From a virus (lineage: Duplodnaviria > Caudoviricetes), in the IMG/VR virus record IMGVR_UViG_3300020420_000018, positions 1 to 56,210 of that record: DNA of 56,210 nt. One strand, written 5' to 3'. Position 1 is the stretch's first letter. Each line of letters starts with the position of its first letter. The translations under genes and the position numbers were made by a program. Below are positions 53,784 to 56,210 of this stretch, one piece after another. The notes beneath the pieces were generated by a model. That model saw nothing but the letters and a program-made list of their open reading frames with translations, was not told the origin of the DNA and ran no database searches.

Positions 53784-55259
53784 ATGAATGAAAAATTTAT
53801 ACAGAACTTAGATAAATTACCTGCTGATGTAAGAAGAGAGTTTGCTTTACTAGCAAACAAGTATGGTGAAAAGAAAAAACAAGATACAATTCAAACTGAC
53901 TTTCTATCTTTTGTTAAACATGTATGGCCTGATTTTATTGAAGGCTCGCATCACAAACGAATCGCAGACAAGTTTAATAAACTTGCATCTGGAGAAATAA
54001 AAAGATTAATTATTAATATGCCACCAAGGCATACTAAATCAGAATTTGGTTCTTATCTTTTACCTGCATGGATGGTTGGTAAAAATCCTAAATTAAAAAT
54101 TATTCAATCTACTAACACTACAGAATTATCAGTGCGTTTTGGTCGTAAGGCCAAAGCTCTTATTGACTCTCCTGAGTATCAAAAAGTATTTAAAACAAAA
54201 CTCAGAGAAGATTCACAAGCCGCTGGTAAGTGGGAAACCGCTCAAGGAGGTGAGTACTATGCAGCCGGTGTGGGTTCGGCAATAACAGGAAGAGGTGCAG
54301 ACCTTTTAATTATTGACGACCCGCACTCTGAACAAGACGCTATGAATTCACAAGCACTTGAGCGAACTTACGAATGGTATACATCAGGGCCAAGACAACG
54401 TCTTCAACCTGGTGGATCTATTATTGTAATTATGACTCGTTGGAATGAAAAAGATTTAACAGGCAGATTGTTAAATGCACAAAAAGAAGTCAAAGCAGAT
54501 CAGTGGGAGATAATAGAATTTCCTGCCATCATGCCTTCAGGTGAACCTGTGTGGCCTGAGTATTGGAAGCTAGAAGATTTAGAATCTGTCAAAGCCAGTA
54601 TACCTTTATCAAAATGGAATGCACAATACATGCAGAACCCAACATCAGAAGAAGGTGCATTAATAAAACGTGAGTGGTGGAAACCTTGGGAGGATGATGA
54701 ACTGCCTCCACTAGAACATGTAATACAATCTTACGATACAGCTTTTATGAAAAAACAAACTGCAGACTACAGTGCGATAACAACATGGGGAGTCTTTCGT
54801 CCATCAGAAGATGACCCACCAAATTTAATTTTAGTTGACATGATAAAAGGTCGATACGAATTCCCAGAGCTTCGTAGGATCGCGCTTGAACAATACGGCT
54901 ACTGGAATCCAGAAACAGTTATCATTGAAGGTAAGGCATCTGGACTACCACTAACTTATGAGTTGCGTAAGATGGGGATACCTGTTATAAATTTTACACC
55001 TAGTAAAGGCAACGATAAGCACACTAGGGTTAACGCAGTTTCTCCGATGTTTGAATCGGGACTGATATGGGCGCCCAAAGAAATGGAATTTGCACAGGAA
55101 GTAATTGAAGAATGTGCTGCTTTTCCTTACGGAGATCATGACGACTTAGTTGATTCCATGACCCAAGCGTTAATGAGATTTAGACAAGGTGGGTTGATTT
55201 CTCATCCTGAAGACTATATAGATGAACCTATAGTTCATAAACAAAGGACATACTATTAA
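53784..55259 (+). CDS. terL: Terminase large subunit
   Basis: INMPPRHTKS Walker A, LLIIDDPH Walker B, IMTRW, SYDTA, HDDLVDSMTQAL nuclease; start MNEKF. Confidence 0.95.
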   Translation: MNEKFIQNLDKLPADVRREFALLANKYGEKKKQDTIQTDFLSFVKHVWPDFIEGSHHKRIADKFNKLASGEIKRLIINMPPRHTKSEFGSYLLPAWMVGKNPKLKIIQSTNTTELSVRFGRKAKALIDSPEYQKVFKTKLREDSQAAGKWETAQGGEYYAAGVGSAITGRGADLLIIDDPHSEQDAMNSQALERTYEWYTSGPRQRLQPGGSIIVIMTRWNEKDLTGRLLNAQKEVKADQWEIIEFPAIMPSGEPVWPEYWKLEDLESVKASIPLSKWNAQYMQNPTSEEGALIKREWWKPWEDDELPPLEHVIQSYDTAFMKKQTADYSAITTWGVFRPSEDDPPNLILVDMIKGRYEFPELRRIALEQYGYWNPETVIIEGKASGLPLTYELRKMGIPVINFTPSKGNDKHTRVNAVSPMFESGLIWAPKEMEFAQEVIEECAAFPYGDHDDLVDSMTQALMRFRQGGLISHPEDYIDEPIVHKQRTYY

Positions 55260-55786
55260 TGGAATACGAACGATACGAAGATGTGATTGACGCTTATAAT
55301 TCTGGCGTAGGAGTAGTGCAAGGAGAGTCCTTGACGGATTACATTAAAAGGAATAATATAAAAATTAAGGAAATTGAAATAGACAATTTAGATAATCTAG
55401 AAGGAAGTAGACCTATGGAAAAAGAAGGCGTCATGCAACTTGCATCAGGCAACATGGATATTAGAATCGAAGAAGTTGTCAAAGAATTTATCAAAAGAAA
55501 TGGTAGAAGACCAAAATCTCTTGAAGAGATAAAAGAATTTTACATGCAAGAAATGATGTCTGGCGGTGGAGCTAAATCTAATAGAGACAATGTAATGTTG
55601 GCTGGATACGAGCCAGGTAAATATGATCCTGAAGAAATTGAAATGTATGAAAATTACAAATACGAAATGAATGAGCAAAGACCTGGAATGCCTATCATCG
55701 ACATCGATGAATTTTTAAGAATGGAATTAGGTCAAGCTAGAGCTGACGTTGCTGTCGGAGGATTACCTGCTATCCTAGGAGTTTAA
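55259..55786 (+). CDS. Acidic hypothetical protein
   Basis: 175 aa, TAATG-coupled to terL. Confidence 0.7.
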   Translation: MEYERYEDVIDAYNSGVGVVQGESLTDYIKRNNIKIKEIEIDNLDNLEGSRPMEKEGVMQLASGNMDIRIEEVVKEFIKRNGRRPKSLEEIKEFYMQEMMSGGGAKSNRDNVMLAGYEPGKYDPEEIEMYENYKYEMNEQRPGMPIIDIDEFLRMELGQARADVAVGGLPAILGV

Positions 55787-55787
55787 C

Positions 55788-56210
55788 ATGAAGATCGCTG
55801 ATTATGGGAAGGCGATAACTTCGTACATCGAATCACCTACAACTGCCCAAAAATTAAAATCAAAAGCAAACGCTGAAACACTTGGTAGAACTTTCTTAGC
55901 AGAAGGATCAAAAGATATTGTAGAGCCACCAAAATCTATGCAGGTAGATACAACTACAAAAGGTCCGGATCTTTTTACAATCGATAAGTTTAAAGACAAA
56001 GCAGAAATATATGTTGGTGCTTGGCATAATAAAGCATTACCTAATGATGACATTAAATCTGCATTAAATAAATTTACGAAACAAGGACTCAATGACGGTA
56101 CGTTTACTGTAGACGAAGCAATCAAAGTTGTACAAGATTTAAAATTTCAATTTCAAGACAGAGCACAGAAACAGAGATTACGTGATGTAATACCTGAAGG
56201 TATTGGAACT
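55788..56210 (+). CDS. Hypothetical protein, 3'-truncated
   Basis: MKIADYGKAITSYIESP... open to the window end; SD AGGAG. Confidence 0.7.
   Translation, partial: MKIADYGKAITSYIESPTTAQKLKSKANAETLGRTFLAEGSKDIVEPPKSMQVDTTTKGPDLFTIDKFKDKAEIYVGAWHNKALPNDDIKSALNKFTKQGLNDGTFTVDEAIKVVQDLKFQFQDRAQKQRLRDVIPEGIGT

Noticed and set aside
55802-56125. 107-aa minus-strand ORF at the window end
   Set aside because: Antisense to the SD-led plus-strand ORF starting at 55788
1-56210. Prophage, diversity-generating retroelement or alternative genetic code
   Set aside because: No integrase, host genes or reverse transcriptase seen; genes are intact and densely packed under the standard code

Overview
Near-complete (~56 kb, both ends cut inside genes) AT-rich lytic dsDNA tailed-phage genome. 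Gene content and the MAISRGQLVKELEPGLNALFG-type capsid resemble, from memory and not from a search, the HTVC023P/vSAG 37-F6-like marine podoviruses of SAR11/Alphaproteobacteria. Order: portal, a chain of very basic microproteins with a holin-like gene, GroES-like co-chaperonin, scaffold, major capsid, tail/adaptor/fibre genes, an inverted cassette of 2OG-Fe(II) oxygenases plus a sulfotransferase, glycosyltransferases, internal virion proteins, a replication module (SNF2, SSB-like, primase, UvrD, PolA), membrane proteins with an M15 endolysin, small regulators, LAGLIDADG and PD-(D/E)XK nucleases, an origin-like repeat tract, TerS, a heptamer-repeat/structured-RNA region and TerL. I saw no integrase, RNA polymerase, tRNA or CRISPR array. 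The main candidates for follow-up are (i) an unannotated four-hairpin minus-strand RNA cluster at 52.18-52.42 kb embedded in phased GCTTG heptamers, (ii) a modification-enzyme set (nine 2OG-Fe(II)/cupin oxygenases, three GT-like proteins, a sulfotransferase and a methyltransferase), part of it next to the tail-fibre tip gene, and (iii) a repeated TAGGAT/ATCCYA operator-like motif with a candidate RHH regulator.
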